Of a stretch of DNA of 64,000 nucleotides, positions 39,061 to 48,053 are shown in pieces; the first letter of the stretch is position 1, and each line of letters begins with the position of its first letter. This DNA comes from Chloroflexota bacterium (GTDB lineage: Bacteria; Chloroflexota; Anaerolineae; Anaerolineales; UBA4823). The DNA lies in assembly GCA_020349245.1 (NCBI GenBank), contig CP070764.1, forward strand, positions 4,396,372 to 4,460,371, read 5' to 3'. The notes beneath the pieces are model-generated. The model saw nothing but the letters and a program-made list of their open reading frames with translations, had not been told where the DNA came from and searched no databases. The position numbers were made by a program, and so were the translations under genes.

Positions 39061-39750
39061 TTATTTCAGATCGATTAAACCCGTGCGGATCGCAAATTTT
39101 ACCAATTCTGTTGAAGAATGTAAATTTAATTTATGCATGATCCGCTCACGGTGTCTGGCAACGGTCTTGGGGCTGATGCCCAGCTGTTCGCCTATTTGGT
39201 TATTTGTATAACCCTCAGCAACCGCTTCTAGAACCTGAAGTTCTCGATGGCTGAGAATATCCAATCCTTTCTCTTCATGTTCATGATTTTCAAAATGTCT
39301 CACCCCGGGTGGTGTCTGGCTTAACAATCGCCGGTAATCCTCCAGCAGCCAGCGAGCCAGCGCAGGTTGCAGATAGACGTTGCCAAGTGCCACACAGCGG
39401 ATCGCTGTAACCAGTTCCTCGGCTGCGACTTGCTTGGTTACATACCCGGAGGCGCCTGCAGAGAGCATCTCAAACAGGTATTGTTTGTCCTCGTGTACGG
39501 TTAAGGCTAATATGTAGCAGTCGGCATCCAACTCCCTCAACCGCCGGGTAGCCTCCAAGCCATCCATCTCCGGCATGGTGATATCCATCACCACCACGTC
39601 TGGATTAGTATTCAATGCTTGTTCGAGCGCTTCCTGTCCGCTGCTGGCTTCAGCGACAACTTCTAAACCATCCTGGGTATCCAGAAAAGACTTCAAACCA
39701 GTGCGGACAATATCATGGTCATCAACGAGCATCAGGCGGATTGTGGTCAT
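39061..39750 (-). CDS. NarL/LuxR-family response regulator
   Basis: Receiver (MLVDDHDIV, DVVVMDITMPEMDG) plus a LuxR HTH (LSHRELQVLEAVAEGYTNNQIGEQLGISPKTV). The likely start is the ATG at 39750 (MTTIRLML); the track start is 39798. Confidence 0.9.
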   Translation of the reverse strand: MTTIRLMLVDDHDIVRTGLKSFLDTQDGLEVVAEASSGQEALEQALNTNPDVVVMDITMPEMDGLEATRRLRELDADCYILALTVHEDKQYLFEMLSAGASGYVTKQVAAEELVTAIRCVALGNVYLQPALARWLLEDYRRLLSQTPPGVRHFENHEHEEKGLDILSHRELQVLEAVAEGYTNNQIGEQLGISPKTVARHRERIMHKLNLHSSTELVKFAIRTGLIDLK

Positions 39751-41269
39751 CGCGCTTCTCCTCGATCTCTGAATATTGAGAACTGAAGGTGGGGACAATC
39801 ACTTCCACAATCGTCCCCCCACCCTCAGGACTGAAAATCTTCAACTGTCCTTGAACCGAGTCAACTCGCTCCCGCATACCTTCCAGACCCCAGCCACGTT
39901 CTTGAGAGTTAGTGGCAGCCTGGCTGTTTATCCCGATACCATGATCGCGGATCACCATTACCACTCGCTCCGAGTTGAAAGCTAATTCGAGATCTGCCTG
40001 GTCGCATTTTGCATGGCGGATAACATTGGTTAAGGCTTCCTGGGCGACACGGAAAAACACGGTCTCCACCAGTGGATCCAGGCGTTGACGTTTTCCATCA
40101 ATTATTAAATTTACCTGTAAACCGGCTCTCTTGTATTCTTCCTCAGCCAAATACTGTAAGGCTGGCACCAAGCCCAGATCATCCAATTGTGCTGGTCGCA
40201 GGTCATGCACCAAGCGGTAGATCCCATCAGACATTTGGCGTGATAGGGATTGTAAATCGTTAATCAGATCCAATGTGGCAGCTTGCTTTGGGAGCAAGTT
40301 TTTCAAGGTTGCCAGATTGAGGCTGAGTGCAGTCAAGAATTGAGCCGTTTCATCATGCAGTTCTCTAGCAATGCGGCTGCGTTCTTCCTCCTGGGCGATA
40401 ACAGTGTGGCGCAGGAGCTCCCGCCGCATTAATTCCCGCTCTTCTAAATCTTTGCGAACCTGCTCAAGTGCTTCCAGCCTTTGCTTTTGGGCAGAGAGGA
40501 GCTGCTCTTCTCGCTCCTGATCAACGACTTGGATGGCCTGGATCAGGTTGAAGGTCACCAAGACAGCCATGGCTGCTCGTACCAATTGGATTGGGAAACT
40601 GAAAATGTCGATGAATACAGCGGAATTGATCCAAGTTGCGGGAAACAAGTTGATTGGCCCAACGAAAATCTGGGTCAATCCATACAATACAAAACCCACA
40701 GCTGCCCAACGGAAGCGCTTGGTCAGATCTTTTCGTCCTTCTTTGGTTACCTGCTGGGCGCGTTTACGCAATCCCAACCCGGCTAAAATGCCTCCCGGGA
40801 CTGCCAGGAAGTAGCGAGCCAATGTATCCGCTGGAGCAAGTTGTAAATCTGGGCGTAGTTGTGTGACGCTGAATAGGACAAAAACATAAATGAGCAGCAT
40901 GCCGCACAAGATCAGCACCGGAACCCCGAAACCTTTTTGAGAATCGGCCAGCATCAGTAAACCAAAATAGATCAATGGAATAAAAGAGACAACCAACAGA
41001 GTGTATCGCAACCAGATCAATTGTTCAGGAAAGGGAACCCCCAACCATACACCCTGGAGGAGCAGCATCTCGAACCACTCATGCATGCCATGCAATATGC
41101 CGAAAACCGCCAGCGGCTGAAGAACGCGTCGATCTGCCAGGCGTGGTGCCCGCATCGTTTCCAAACCAAGGGCGATGCCCATGCTGAAGAAGGCCAATCC
41201 ATAGACGAAGAAGATGAGTACGATGTCCCATTGCATGGTCTTCATCAATCCTTTCAACCTCTGCCACAC
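39722..41269 (-). CDS. membrane sensor histidine kinase (polytopic N-terminus, HisKA_3, HATPase_c)
   Basis: About 6-7 TM helices, a coiled coil, H-box ARELHDETAQ, and ATPase motifs NVIRHA, DHGIGI and GWGLEGMRER. Confidence 0.88.
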   Translation of the reverse strand: MWQRLKGLMKTMQWDIVLIFFVYGLAFFSMGIALGLETMRAPRLADRRVLQPLAVFGILHGMHEWFEMLLLQGVWLGVPFPEQLIWLRYTLLVVSFIPLIYFGLLMLADSQKGFGVPVLILCGMLLIYVFVLFSVTQLRPDLQLAPADTLARYFLAVPGGILAGLGLRKRAQQVTKEGRKDLTKRFRWAAVGFVLYGLTQIFVGPINLFPATWINSAVFIDIFSFPIQLVRAAMAVLVTFNLIQAIQVVDQEREEQLLSAQKQRLEALEQVRKDLEERELMRRELLRHTVIAQEEERSRIARELHDETAQFLTALSLNLATLKNLLPKQAATLDLINDLQSLSRQMSDGIYRLVHDLRPAQLDDLGLVPALQYLAEEEYKRAGLQVNLIIDGKRQRLDPLVETVFFRVAQEALTNVIRHAKCDQADLELAFNSERVVMVIRDHGIGINSQAATNSQERGWGLEGMRERVDSVQGQLKIFSPEGGGTIVEVIVPTFSSQYSEIEEKRDDHNPPDAR

Positions 41270-41512
41270 TCATCGGCAATGAGGTGTGAAATTATTGTAC
41301 AGCAAACTAGAAAAACTATGCCTGTCTTCAATGTGACTTTTGTCACGTAAGCAGCATTACATATTCACTCATCTGGGGTTAAGTATTGGGGTAAAATAAC
41401 TATCCAAAATTGAGTGACCAGCTCAAAAATAACAATATTTCCGATGAATTTTGATGGCAAACTATCCCAATTTCTTCTGGAAGCAAGGGTCGTTGACCTG
41501 CGAGGTGGATGA

Positions 41513-42775
41513 ATGATGAAGCAGATAAAGTTGATCACTCTGCTGGGTATATTGATGATCGTCGCAGCAAGTTTAGCGGCTTGTGCAGGCTCTGAAGGAC
41601 CTGCGGGTGCCAGTGGACCAGCGGGACCACCTGGACCAGAAGGACCTCAGGGTCCCCCAGGCCCGGAAGGTCCAGTAGGCCCAGTTGGACCCGCTGGAGA
41701 AGCAGGTGCTGGGTCTTTGGGTGCAGAGTATGTTGGCAGTACCGTGTGCAGCGGTTGCCACCTGGACACCTATGAGGTGTTTATGAAATCGGGTCATGCA
41801 TATGAGCTCACCCAGGTAGTTAATGGTCAGCCACCAGAATATCCGTTCACTGAAGTAGCTGAATTACCAGAAGGCTATACCTGGGAAGATGTCTCCTATG
41901 TGATCGGTGGTTATAACTGGAAAGCCCGTTTTCTCAACCAGGATGGGTACATAATCACTGACGCGCCAGGCTCATCAGGGAATGAGGAATATCTCAACCA
42001 GTACAACTTTGCTAATCCAATCGTTGGCACTGAGGCGGGCGGGGTTACCTATCACTCCGGTGAAGAGAACCTGCCTTATGACTGCGGTAGTTGCCACACA
42101 ACAGGTTACAGCCTGACGGGAAATCAGGATGATTTGCCTGGTTTGGTAGGTACCTGGGCTGAATCCGGCATCATGTGTGAGGCGTGTCACGGTCCGGGTG
42201 GTCTGCATATGCAGAATCCCCAGGGTGTACAGATGACTATCGATCGGGGTGCCGAGATGTGCGGTCAGTGCCACCGCCGCGGGGAGATCGAGTCCCTCAA
42301 TGCCAGCGAGGGATTCATTCAGCACCATGAACAATATGGGGATCTCTTCCCGGGAAAGCACGCCGTTCTTGATTGTGTCATCTGCCATGATCCGCATTCG
42401 GGTGTGGTCCAGCTCCGGCAGGATGAAGAGGTACCTACCATGCGCACCCAGTGTGAAAATTGCCACCTGGAACAGGCTCAATTCCAGGACTCGCTGATCC
42501 ACCCGGCGGCAGCTGCCTGCATTGACTGCCACATGCCGCGGATGATTAAATCAGCGGTTGGAGATGCTGAAAAATTCACCGGCGATATCCGCACTCACCA
42601 GGTGCGCATCAATCCTCGACAGATTGAGCAGTTCACAGAGGATAGCAGCACCTCCCTGCCTGAGATAGGGTTAAATTTTGCTTGCCGGCACTGCCATGGT
42701 GTTACGGCTTCAGAGAAAACAGACGAGGAGCTGATCGATAAAGCTGTTGGCTACCATACACCGACGGAGCAGTAA
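41513..42775 (+). CDS. octahaem c-type cytochrome lipoprotein with collagen-like N-terminal stalk
   Basis: Lipobox SLAAC, then 14 uninterrupted G-X-Y triplets. Eight CXXCH motifs: CSGCH, CGSCH, CEACH, CGQCH, CVICH, CENCH, CIDCH, CRHCH. The CEACHGPGGLH context is cytochrome c554-family-like. Confidence 0.88.
   Translation: MMKQIKLITLLGILMIVAASLAACAGSEGPAGASGPAGPPGPEGPQGPPGPEGPVGPVGPAGEAGAGSLGAEYVGSTVCSGCHLDTYEVFMKSGHAYELTQVVNGQPPEYPFTEVAELPEGYTWEDVSYVIGGYNWKARFLNQDGYIITDAPGSSGNEEYLNQYNFANPIVGTEAGGVTYHSGEENLPYDCGSCHTTGYSLTGNQDDLPGLVGTWAESGIMCEACHGPGGLHMQNPQGVQMTIDRGAEMCGQCHRRGEIESLNASEGFIQHHEQYGDLFPGKHAVLDCVICHDPHSGVVQLRQDEEVPTMRTQCENCHLEQAQFQDSLIHPAAAACIDCHMPRMIKSAVGDAEKFTGDIRTHQVRINPRQIEQFTEDSSTSLPEIGLNFACRHCHGVTASEKTDEELIDKAVGYHTPTEQ
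41588..41713 (+). repeat. collagen-like (Gly-X-Y)14 coding repeat
   Basis: [42 protein letters not shown], starting 2 residues after the lipobox Cys. Confidence 0.9.
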
Positions 42776-42813
42776 TTTTCTCCCCTTAAGGTGTCCTTTT
42801 GAACCATCAATAA

Positions 42814-42836
42814 CGGGCCGGAGAAATACCGGCCCG
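42814..42836 (+). promoter_or_regulatory. GC-rich hairpin between the octahaem and NapC-like genes
   Basis: cgggccgg pairs with ccggcccg across loop agaaata. The T-tract is weak, so this is a possible attenuator or mRNA-processing/stability element. Its sequence is related to the hairpin at 52224-52248. Confidence 0.4.
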
Positions 42837-42885
42837 CTTGACTATCATATATAATATTGGGGTAATTCCCAAGTGGAGTTATTTT

Positions 42886-44595
42886 ATGAGAAAGTATTGG
42901 CAGAGGATCAAATCCGGTTTAAAGAATTTCTTCTTTCCCCCAGTAGGTTCACCTCGCTGGGTGCGTATTCTGCCTTATGCCGTGTTGGGTGTCTTAACTT
43001 TAATCGTCTTAACCGGTGCGGTATATGGTTGGGAGTATACGAATTCGCCAGAATTCTGTGGTACGGCGTGCCACACGATGCCTCCTGAATTCACCAGCTA
43101 CCTCACTTCCCCACATGCGCGCATTGATTGTGTCGATTGCCATATTGGGAAAGGTTTTCTCGCCACGCGCGTCTCCCGTAAAGCTGGAGACCTCCGGCAC
43201 ATCGTCGCTACCGCGTTCAATACGTACGAATTTCCCATCCGTGCCCGCCAGCTGCAGCCTGCCCGAGAGACCTGCGAGAAGTGCCACTTTCCTGAAAAGT
43301 TCTCGGATGACAGCTTGCGGGAGATCAAGCATTTCCAACCGAATAAAGATAACACCCCGCTGACTACCTACTTGGTGTTGAAGACCGGCGGCGGCAGCAA
43401 GCGCCAGGGACTGGGTCGTGGTATCCATTGGCATATTGAGAACAAGATCGAATATTTTCCTGTTGATCCAGAGGAACAGGAAATCCCATACATACGCGTT
43501 TACGAAGATGATGGCACGGTCACAGAATATATTGATATCGAATCCGATTTCGATCCACAGGATGTTGCACCCGAGGATATGGTTGAGATGGACTGCATCA
43601 CCTGCCACAACCGCATCACGCACTTGGTGAAGACACCCCAGGAAACGGTCAATGAAATGATGAATCGGGGGATAATCGATCCGGAAATCCCCGAGATACG
43701 CAGGATAGCCACCGAAACGTACGGACAGATTTATGAAACAACCCAAGTAGGCTTGGATGGCATTGCCAGTATCTCCAGCTTCTATGAGACCTATTACCCA
43801 GAATATTACGCAGAGAATAAGGATAAGATCGATACAGCGATCACCGCTCTCCAAGAGGCGTATGCACAAAGTGTATACCCGGAACAGAACTCCGATTGGA
43901 CTACCCATCCCAACAATATAGGTCACAGCGACACGTCGGGCTGCTTCCGCTGTCATGGCGGAAAACATCTCAATGCCGATGATGAAGCGATCCGGCTTGA
44001 GTGCAATTTATGTCATTCGATCCCTGTCATCGCTGGACCTGGAGACTTTGTCTCTCAGATCGAGATCAGCCGGGGTCCTGAGCCCGACAACCACAAGAAT
44101 CCCAACTGGATCACCCTGCATCGGGATGTATTTGATCCGACCTGCAGCAATTGTCATTCCACCGACAATCCCGGTGGAATCGACAATACTTCTTTTTGTT
44201 CGAACAGCGCCTGCCACGGGAATGTCTGGGAATACGCGGGCTTTGATGCACCTGGCTTGCGCGAGATACTGCTTGATCAATTGCCGCCAGAACCCACGCC
44301 CATCGCTCCACCTGAAGGCGAGGCACTTACTTTCACGGGCACGATCGGTCCCCTGTTAGAGAGCAGATGCGGTGCCTGCCATGGAAGATCAAACAGCTTG
44401 AAGGGTTTGGATCTGACGTCCTATGCCAGTCTGATCGATGGTGGCGAAAGCGGTCCAGCGATCATAATCAATGATCCTGCCAACAGTTTGATATTAATCG
44501 TCCAGACCGGTGAGCAACCCCATTTCGCCCAGCTCACTTTGGATGAACTCACGCTTTTGGAAGAGTGGATCGCCAACGGTGCACCCGAGGAGTGA
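42886..44595 (+). CDS. membrane-anchored NapC/NirT-like multihaem cytochrome (8 CXXCH plus 1 CX4CH) with a C-terminal PSCyt1-like domain
   Basis: N-terminal TM, then CGTACH, CVDCH, CEKCH (NapC/NirT-like spacing), CITCH, CFRCH, CNLCH, CSNCH, CSNSACH and CGACH. The start is the ATG at 42886 after gtggag; the track start at 42838 is upstream. Confidence 0.85.
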   Translation: MRKYWQRIKSGLKNFFFPPVGSPRWVRILPYAVLGVLTLIVLTGAVYGWEYTNSPEFCGTACHTMPPEFTSYLTSPHARIDCVDCHIGKGFLATRVSRKAGDLRHIVATAFNTYEFPIRARQLQPARETCEKCHFPEKFSDDSLREIKHFQPNKDNTPLTTYLVLKTGGGSKRQGLGRGIHWHIENKIEYFPVDPEEQEIPYIRVYEDDGTVTEYIDIESDFDPQDVAPEDMVEMDCITCHNRITHLVKTPQETVNEMMNRGIIDPEIPEIRRIATETYGQIYETTQVGLDGIASISSFYETYYPEYYAENKDKIDTAITALQEAYAQSVYPEQNSDWTTHPNNIGHSDTSGCFRCHGGKHLNADDEAIRLECNLCHSIPVIAGPGDFVSQIEISRGPEPDNHKNPNWITLHRDVFDPTCSNCHSTDNPGGIDNTSFCSNSACHGNVWEYAGFDAPGLREILLDQLPPEPTPIAPPEGEALTFTGTIGPLLESRCGACHGRSNSLKGLDLTSYASLIDGGESGPAIIINDPANSLILIVQTGEQPHFAQLTLDELTLLEEWIANGAPEE

Positions 44596-44704
44596 ATCAT
44601 ATAAATGAATCAGGATTAATCTTGAAGATATTATAAAAGCCTTATAATATTTTGATGATCAGTGCGTGAGTTCGACGAGTTGGTATACGCCTAAGGAGAT
44701 AAAT

Positions 44705-45190
44705 ATGGAAGAAGAGAAAGACCAACTTAGCCGACGGAACTTTCTGGCGATTGCGACCGGAGCCATTGGAGGATTGATCGGAATTGTGATGGCTATCCCC
44801 GCAGTGGCTTATGTCGTCGGTCCTGCATTACAACGCAGGACAGCAGAAAACTGGGTCCGGCTCGGTCCAACTTCAAAAGTTGAGCTTGGAATCCCCACCC
44901 TTTTCAAAACCATCATAGAAAGTCAAACTGGTTGGATCGTTGCTGAGGAAGAAATCTCAGTTTATGTGTTGACTGAAGATGGGCGGGAATATATTGCCCT
45001 CTCAAACATCTGCACTCACCTCGGTTGCCGGGTTCGTTGGATTACCGACCAGGGACAATATTTCTGTCCTTGTCACAACGCAGCCTTCGATAAAACCGGG
45101 GAAGTCGTAGCAGGACCTCCGCCAAGTCCGCTCGATCGCTACGAGACCAAGGTTGAGGAAGATCAATTGTATATCCTGTTGGGAGGTTGA
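44705..45190 (+). CDS. qcrA: Rieske [2Fe-2S] subunit of a cytochrome bc-type complex, Tat signal
   Basis: SRRNFLAIATGAIGG twin-arginine/TM region, plus CTHLGC and CPCHNAAF cluster boxes. The RBS aaggag at 44693 precedes the ATG at 44705. Confidence 0.9.
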   Translation: MEEEKDQLSRRNFLAIATGAIGGLIGIVMAIPAVAYVVGPALQRRTAENWVRLGPTSKVELGIPTLFKTIIESQTGWIVAEEEISVYVLTEDGREYIALSNICTHLGCRVRWITDQGQYFCPCHNAAFDKTGEVVAGPPPSPLDRYETKVEEDQLYILLGG

Positions 45191-45191
45191 G

Positions 45192-45851
45192 ATGAGTGCT
45201 GGAATTGGTAATTGGCTTGATGAACGCATCGGTTGGCGCAAGGTCTGGGATGCCATTTTTCTGCGCAAGATCCCCAAGGTAAATTGGTTTTACACCCTGG
45301 GCAGCGCGACCCTCTTCGTGGCAATTCTGCAGGGGGTGACAGGTATTTTACTGACCATTTATTATGTCCCCACTCCGGACCACGCCTATGACAGCGTCCA
45401 GTTTATTACTACCCAGGTTGCCGGCGGCTGGTTTGTCCGCGGCGTCCATCACTGGGGGGCCAGCGCCATGGTGCTGCTCTCAGTACTGCACATGCTGCGA
45501 GTCATCCTTTACGGGGCATACAAATTCCCGCGTGAGGTGACGTGGTTCACGGGAGTAGGGCTGTTGCTGGTTGTGATGGGGTTTGGATTTACCGGTTACC
45601 TTCTACCCTGGGATCAGAAAGCGTATTGGGCGACTACGGTTGGGACCCGCATCGCGGGGGTAGCTCCTTTCATTGGTGAACCGATCCTGCGCATCATGCG
45701 CGGTGGGGAGGAGCTGTCCGCAGTTACCTTGGCGCGATTCTTTGGCACCCACGTCTGGGTCTTGCCGACAATCCTTTTGCTGCTGCTCGGAATCCATATG
45801 TACCTAGTGATCCGCCTCGGTATCAGCGCGGTACCAAAGAGGGAGGAGTAG
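45192..45851 (+). CDS. qcrB: cytochrome b6-type subunit (N-terminal four-helix half of cytochrome b)
   Basis: Haem-ligand helices (FVRGVHHWGASAMV..LHMLR; FFGTHVWVLP), TGYLLPWDQKAYWAT, 219 aa. The ATG at 45192 lies 1 nt after the Rieske stop. Confidence 0.9.
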   Translation: MSAGIGNWLDERIGWRKVWDAIFLRKIPKVNWFYTLGSATLFVAILQGVTGILLTIYYVPTPDHAYDSVQFITTQVAGGWFVRGVHHWGASAMVLLSVLHMLRVILYGAYKFPREVTWFTGVGLLLVVMGFGFTGYLLPWDQKAYWATTVGTRIAGVAPFIGEPILRIMRGGEELSAVTLARFFGTHVWVLPTILLLLLGIHMYLVIRLGISAVPKREE

Positions 45852-45854
45852 AAC

Positions 45855-47978
45855 ATGAAAGAGAAAGAGCGAAAGGAGTATCTCGAGAAGTACAATAAAG
45901 AGAAGGAGAAAGGAGTTCCCTTTTTCCCAGATATCCTCTTTAAAGACGCGGTTGTCTCCCTGGTGATATTTATCGCCCTGGTGGCTCTGGCATACTTTGT
46001 TGGTGCACCTCTGGAACCACGCGCCGATCCGGCAGACACCAGTTACACGCCGCGTCCAGAGTGGTATTTCTTATTCCTGTTCCAGCTGCTGAAATACTTC
46101 CCCGGATCCTTGGAAGTGATTGGCGTTGTTATCATCCCCACCTTGGCGATCATCCTTTTGATCGTCCTTCCATTTATCGATCGTTCAGCCAAACGGCATT
46201 TTATGCGCCGACCAGTGATCCTGGGATTAGTAGGATTGAGTACAGCTGGGATTTTACTGCTCACCTACCAATCCTACCGGGAGATCCCCCCACCCCTGGA
46301 AATTGTCGGAGGTGACCTGACAGCGCTCCTGTACACGGAGAACTGCGCTCCTTGTCACGGACCTTCGCTAACCGTACCGCAAGGTGTCAACTTACACGAG
46401 ATTATCGCCCAGGGGCGCCATGAGGATATGCCCGCCTGGAGTGGAGATCTCACGTCGGATGAAATTGATGCTCTGGCAGGCTTTATTATTTCGCCAGGAG
46501 GCAGCCAGCTGTTCACTGAGAATTGCAGCGAATGTCATGATGTGGCTGATCTGGTCGCCAGCGATCCGATAACCTTAAGGGAGTCTATCCGGCTCGGCAC
46601 GGAATTTGGATCCCATGCAGAGGCGGAGGTTCCGGATTGGACGACAACTATCAACCCCGAAGACCAGACAAAGCTGCTCAATTTCCTGGTCGCTCCTGAT
46701 GGACAACGCTTGTTTGCCACCAATTGTGCCCCCTGCCACGGTCAATCAGTTGCCTATGCTGGAGGCGAGGAAGAATTATTGGAAACGATCAGCCAAGGTG
46801 GAATGCACCTGGATATGCCCCCCTGGCGGGATATGCTGGACGATTCCGAATTGGATATTCTCGCTCGCTATGTGGTCAATCCATCGAATACACCGGAAGG
46901 GGTGGAGCTTTTTCAAACCAATTGTGCAAGTTGCCATGGTGAACGAATTCCCTCCGCTGAAGATGTAGAAGTGGCCCGGCAGATCATCGCTGAGGGCGGG
47001 GGTCACGAAACCATGCCAGTGTGGGGGGAAGTCCTCACCCCTGAACAGCTGGATGCCCTGGTTAACTTTACCGTGGCAGCTGCATCGGGTACCTCCGTTG
47101 AAGTTGGCCAGGAACTCTATGTTCAAAATTGTGCCCCCTGTCATGGAGAATTCGGTGAAGGTGGTCCTAACCCCTCCCGGGCAGGCGATATCATCTTCCC
47201 GATCAGCACCGCAGACTACCTCAAGACCAGGGATGATTTCACCTTGCGCTCCGTCATCGCTCAAGGTCAGCCTAATTTCGGCATGTCTCCTTTTGGCAGC
47301 GCTTTTGGAGGTCCTTTGGAAGAGGAGAACATCGATGCAATCGTGGCATATATTCGATCCTGGGAAGCCAATCCTCCAGTCGAATTGCCACCTGAAGTTG
47401 TTATTGATCTGGGTCAACAGGAAACCGTCACCCTGGACACGAAACAAATTTATGACCAGCTTTGCTCACAATGTCATGGGATTAATGGGGAAGGTGGTGT
47501 CGGACCATCGTTTGAAAACGCGCAATTTCAAGCTACCCGAACCGACACCCAGCTATTTAATGCCATCAATATCGGTCACGAAGCGACTTCCATGATCGGT
47601 TGGGGTGAAGTTTTGAGTGCTGAGCAGATCCAGCAGATCGTTCAGCTTATCCGCGAATTTCGAACTTCTCCAGGTGTCAGTCAACCGCCAACTGGTGGGG
47701 TATCATTTTCTTCCGATGTGATGCCCTTATTTGAGGCGAAGTGCGCTGCGTGCCATGGGAATTTTGGTGGTTGGGATGCCAGTACCTATACTACGGTTCT
47801 GGGAACAGGGAATAACGCTCCCGTGATTATCCCCGGTGACCCAGATAATAGCCTGTTGGCGCAGAAAATGGTTGGCACGCAATCGATTGGCAATATCATG
47901 CCGCCAGCGGGTTTGTTACCAGATGATGAGGTTCAGCTTATCCTGGATTGGATAGCAGAAGGAGCACTCGATAATTAA
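45855..47978 (+). CDS. qcrC: cytochrome b subunit IV fused to seven c-type cytochrome domains (QcrC-like, heptahaem)
   Basis: The N-terminus carries the Qo-site PEWY motif (RPEWYFLFLFQLLK) and 3 TM helices. Then CAPCH, CSECH, CAPCH, CASCH, CAPCH, CSQCH, CAACH; the last sits in a PSCyt1-like module. Confidence 0.88.
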   Translation: MKEKERKEYLEKYNKEKEKGVPFFPDILFKDAVVSLVIFIALVALAYFVGAPLEPRADPADTSYTPRPEWYFLFLFQLLKYFPGSLEVIGVVIIPTLAIILLIVLPFIDRSAKRHFMRRPVILGLVGLSTAGILLLTYQSYREIPPPLEIVGGDLTALLYTENCAPCHGPSLTVPQGVNLHEIIAQGRHEDMPAWSGDLTSDEIDALAGFIISPGGSQLFTENCSECHDVADLVASDPITLRESIRLGTEFGSHAEAEVPDWTTTINPEDQTKLLNFLVAPDGQRLFATNCAPCHGQSVAYAGGEEELLETISQGGMHLDMPPWRDMLDDSELDILARYVVNPSNTPEGVELFQTNCASCHGERIPSAEDVEVARQIIAEGGGHETMPVWGEVLTPEQLDALVNFTVAAASGTSVEVGQELYVQNCAPCHGEFGEGGPNPSRAGDIIFPISTADYLKTRDDFTLRSVIAQGQPNFGMSPFGSAFGGPLEEENIDAIVAYIRSWEANPPVELPPEVVIDLGQQETVTLDTKQIYDQLCSQCHGINGEGGVGPSFENAQFQATRTDTQLFNAINIGHEATSMIGWGEVLSAEQIQQIVQLIREFRTSPGVSQPPTGGVSFSSDVMPLFEAKCAACHGNFGGWDASTYTTVLGTGNNAPVIIPGDPDNSLLAQKMVGTQSIGNIMPPAGLLPDDEVQLILDWIAEGALDN

Positions 47979-48053
47979 TCAATTTATAATTGTGATATCA
48001 ACAAATGATTTACAGGTGATAATTTTTCGGTAAGCGATTTAATAGTAAATAGC

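Noticed and set aside
43009-43968. 319-aa minus-strand ORF, plus several 70-115-aa ORFs, inside the NapC-like cytochrome gene.
   Set aside because: They are antisense to a gene with 8 in-frame CXXCH motifs. They have odd composition and no motifs.
46776-47447. 223-aa minus-strand ORF inside the subunit IV/heptahaem gene.
   Set aside because: It is antisense to a frame carrying PEWY and seven CXXCH motifs. It has no independent support.
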